From Amoebophrya sp. A120 (taxonomy: Eukaryota; Protista; Dinoflagellata): a stretch of DNA of 32,542 nt. Positions 31,486 through 32,542 of this stretch are shown piece by piece. Numbering within the stretch: the stretch's first letter is position 1; every line of letters starts with the position of its first letter. The DNA lies in contig CAJINV010000047.1 of the NCBI GenBank assembly GCA_905178155.1, positions 4,536-37,077 on the forward strand, given 5' to 3'. Made by a program: the position numbers and the translations under genes. Under the pieces are notes generated by a model. That model ran no database searches. It had not been told where the DNA came from and saw nothing but the letters and a program-made list of their open reading frames with translations.

Positions 31486-32470
31486 TCGAGGGGGCACCCG
31501 CGTGCTGGGAGCCTGGTTTGCGTATGTCTACGGGCTTTCCCTGATACTCCTCGAACGTACCACACGGTAAAGCAAAGTATGGAAATTGCGGAATCTCTAT
31601 GCAGCAGCGGATGTGCTGCCAGGCAAAAATGATTTTAGTTCACACCCTCAGAACTCCTCAGGATAGGAGCATGAGAGTGAGACCGTGCTCTACGACATCA
31701 GGGGCAATCGGTGCTCGCGCAACCGTTTCGCTGTGTCGAAATTGCGGGGTTGCATCTCGCTGGCTCGGAGCCGCTTTGTTGTCGCGCGGTGTTGGCGGTG
31801 TATCGGACTTTCCGGCATCCTCTGCAGTGCAACAGCGGCCTTGTTCGAGGCTACTTACGCCTCGTTTCAACCTGTCGATCCCGGCTACTGGACGCCACTC
31901 GTGCCTGAACAACGTCTGCTCTACACAGACCTTTAGCTACTTACCACAAAGTATGCGATTTTTTACAACGTTAGGGTATCCGGAAGTCTAGATTTTCACG
32001 ACTTAGGTGATTTGAGCAACAAGACTCGACGCAGGGCACGCCTTCCCTGCACTGCAGAGGAAACGCGGCGCGATATGGGTCAACTTTCACTAATAAGCAA
32101 ATTTTCGGGCAAAGAGGCCATTTGGGACGCCGTGCGCGTGTTTTGCGCGCGAACTCCGCGCACGCGAGTGCGCGCAGCTTGCAACTGGCTGGCACAGCAA
32201 AGGCATTCCCGCGGCTGGGATGGTCGCGCGGTCAAGGTTGGTGGTTTTTCTTGGTGGGTCTCCAGTTCCAGTCCGGCGCGATGCGGTCTCGTGTCGTGGT
32301 GGAACAGACGAACCTGGAAGGATGAGTCGGTGAAATCAGAAAACGCAAGATTAGCGAAGAAAGCAAAACCATGGGAGATTAAATGACGACCGATGCCCCC
32401 GTTTTCTGCTTGTGCAGTGACCCGAGTGCGGTCGCGCTCTCCGGCTTGCCTCTCTGACACGTGGCAGCGG

Positions 32471-32542
32471 GCTCCCATGGTGTAACGGTTAGCACTCTGG
32501 ACTCTGAATCCAGCGATGGCGGTTCAAATCCGCCTGGGAGCT
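32471..32542 (+). tRNA. trnQ: tRNA-Gln (anticodon CTG)
   Basis: Acceptor stem GCTCCCA/TGGGAGC, anticodon arm CTGGA-CTCTGAA-TCCAG, T arm GGCGG-TTCAAAT-CCGCC. 72 nt with no encoded CCA visible (the window ends here). Confidence 0.95.

Noticed and set aside
1-32542. Autonomous transposase, reverse transcriptase, or dinoflagellate spliced-leader relic (CCGTAGCCATTTTGGCTCAAG)
   Set aside because: No recognisable motif was seen by eye. An HMM search is needed to exclude divergent copies.

Overview
This is eukaryotic genomic DNA, most likely from a syndinian or dinoflagellate such as Amoebophrya. That assignment is an inference from co-oriented genes, inverted-repeat-flanked non-canonical introns and SFLQ-rich secreted proteins. 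Bases 1-4300 are a repeat-dense, gene-poor block (133-bp satellite, degenerate 72-95-bp tandems, ~144-bp direct repeats around a 132-bp tandem, a 12-bp repeat). The long minus-strand ORFs between 4641 and 29457 are exons of three co-oriented multi-exon genes: G1 (~9328->4641, ~1100 aa, unknown), G2 (~16146->9685, ~1600 aa, unknown) and G3 (29457->18081, ~3360 aa). G3 is a secreted modular protein with SFLQ-punctuated repeats, three CxxS/T thioredoxin-like domains and S/T/P linkers. Almost every intron can be read from the sequence as an element bounded by inverted repeats whose removal restores the frame. One family occurs four times (5652-5936, 6438-6836, 7637-8069, 14626-14962), two copies with 6-bp target-site-like direct repeats, and it needs non-canonical junctions (GT-AA, CT-AA or GA-AG). 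Otherwise unrelated elements share TATC...GATA ends. The window ends with AT-rich repeats and a tRNA-Gln(CTG). All splice models were worked out by hand and need RNA confirmation.
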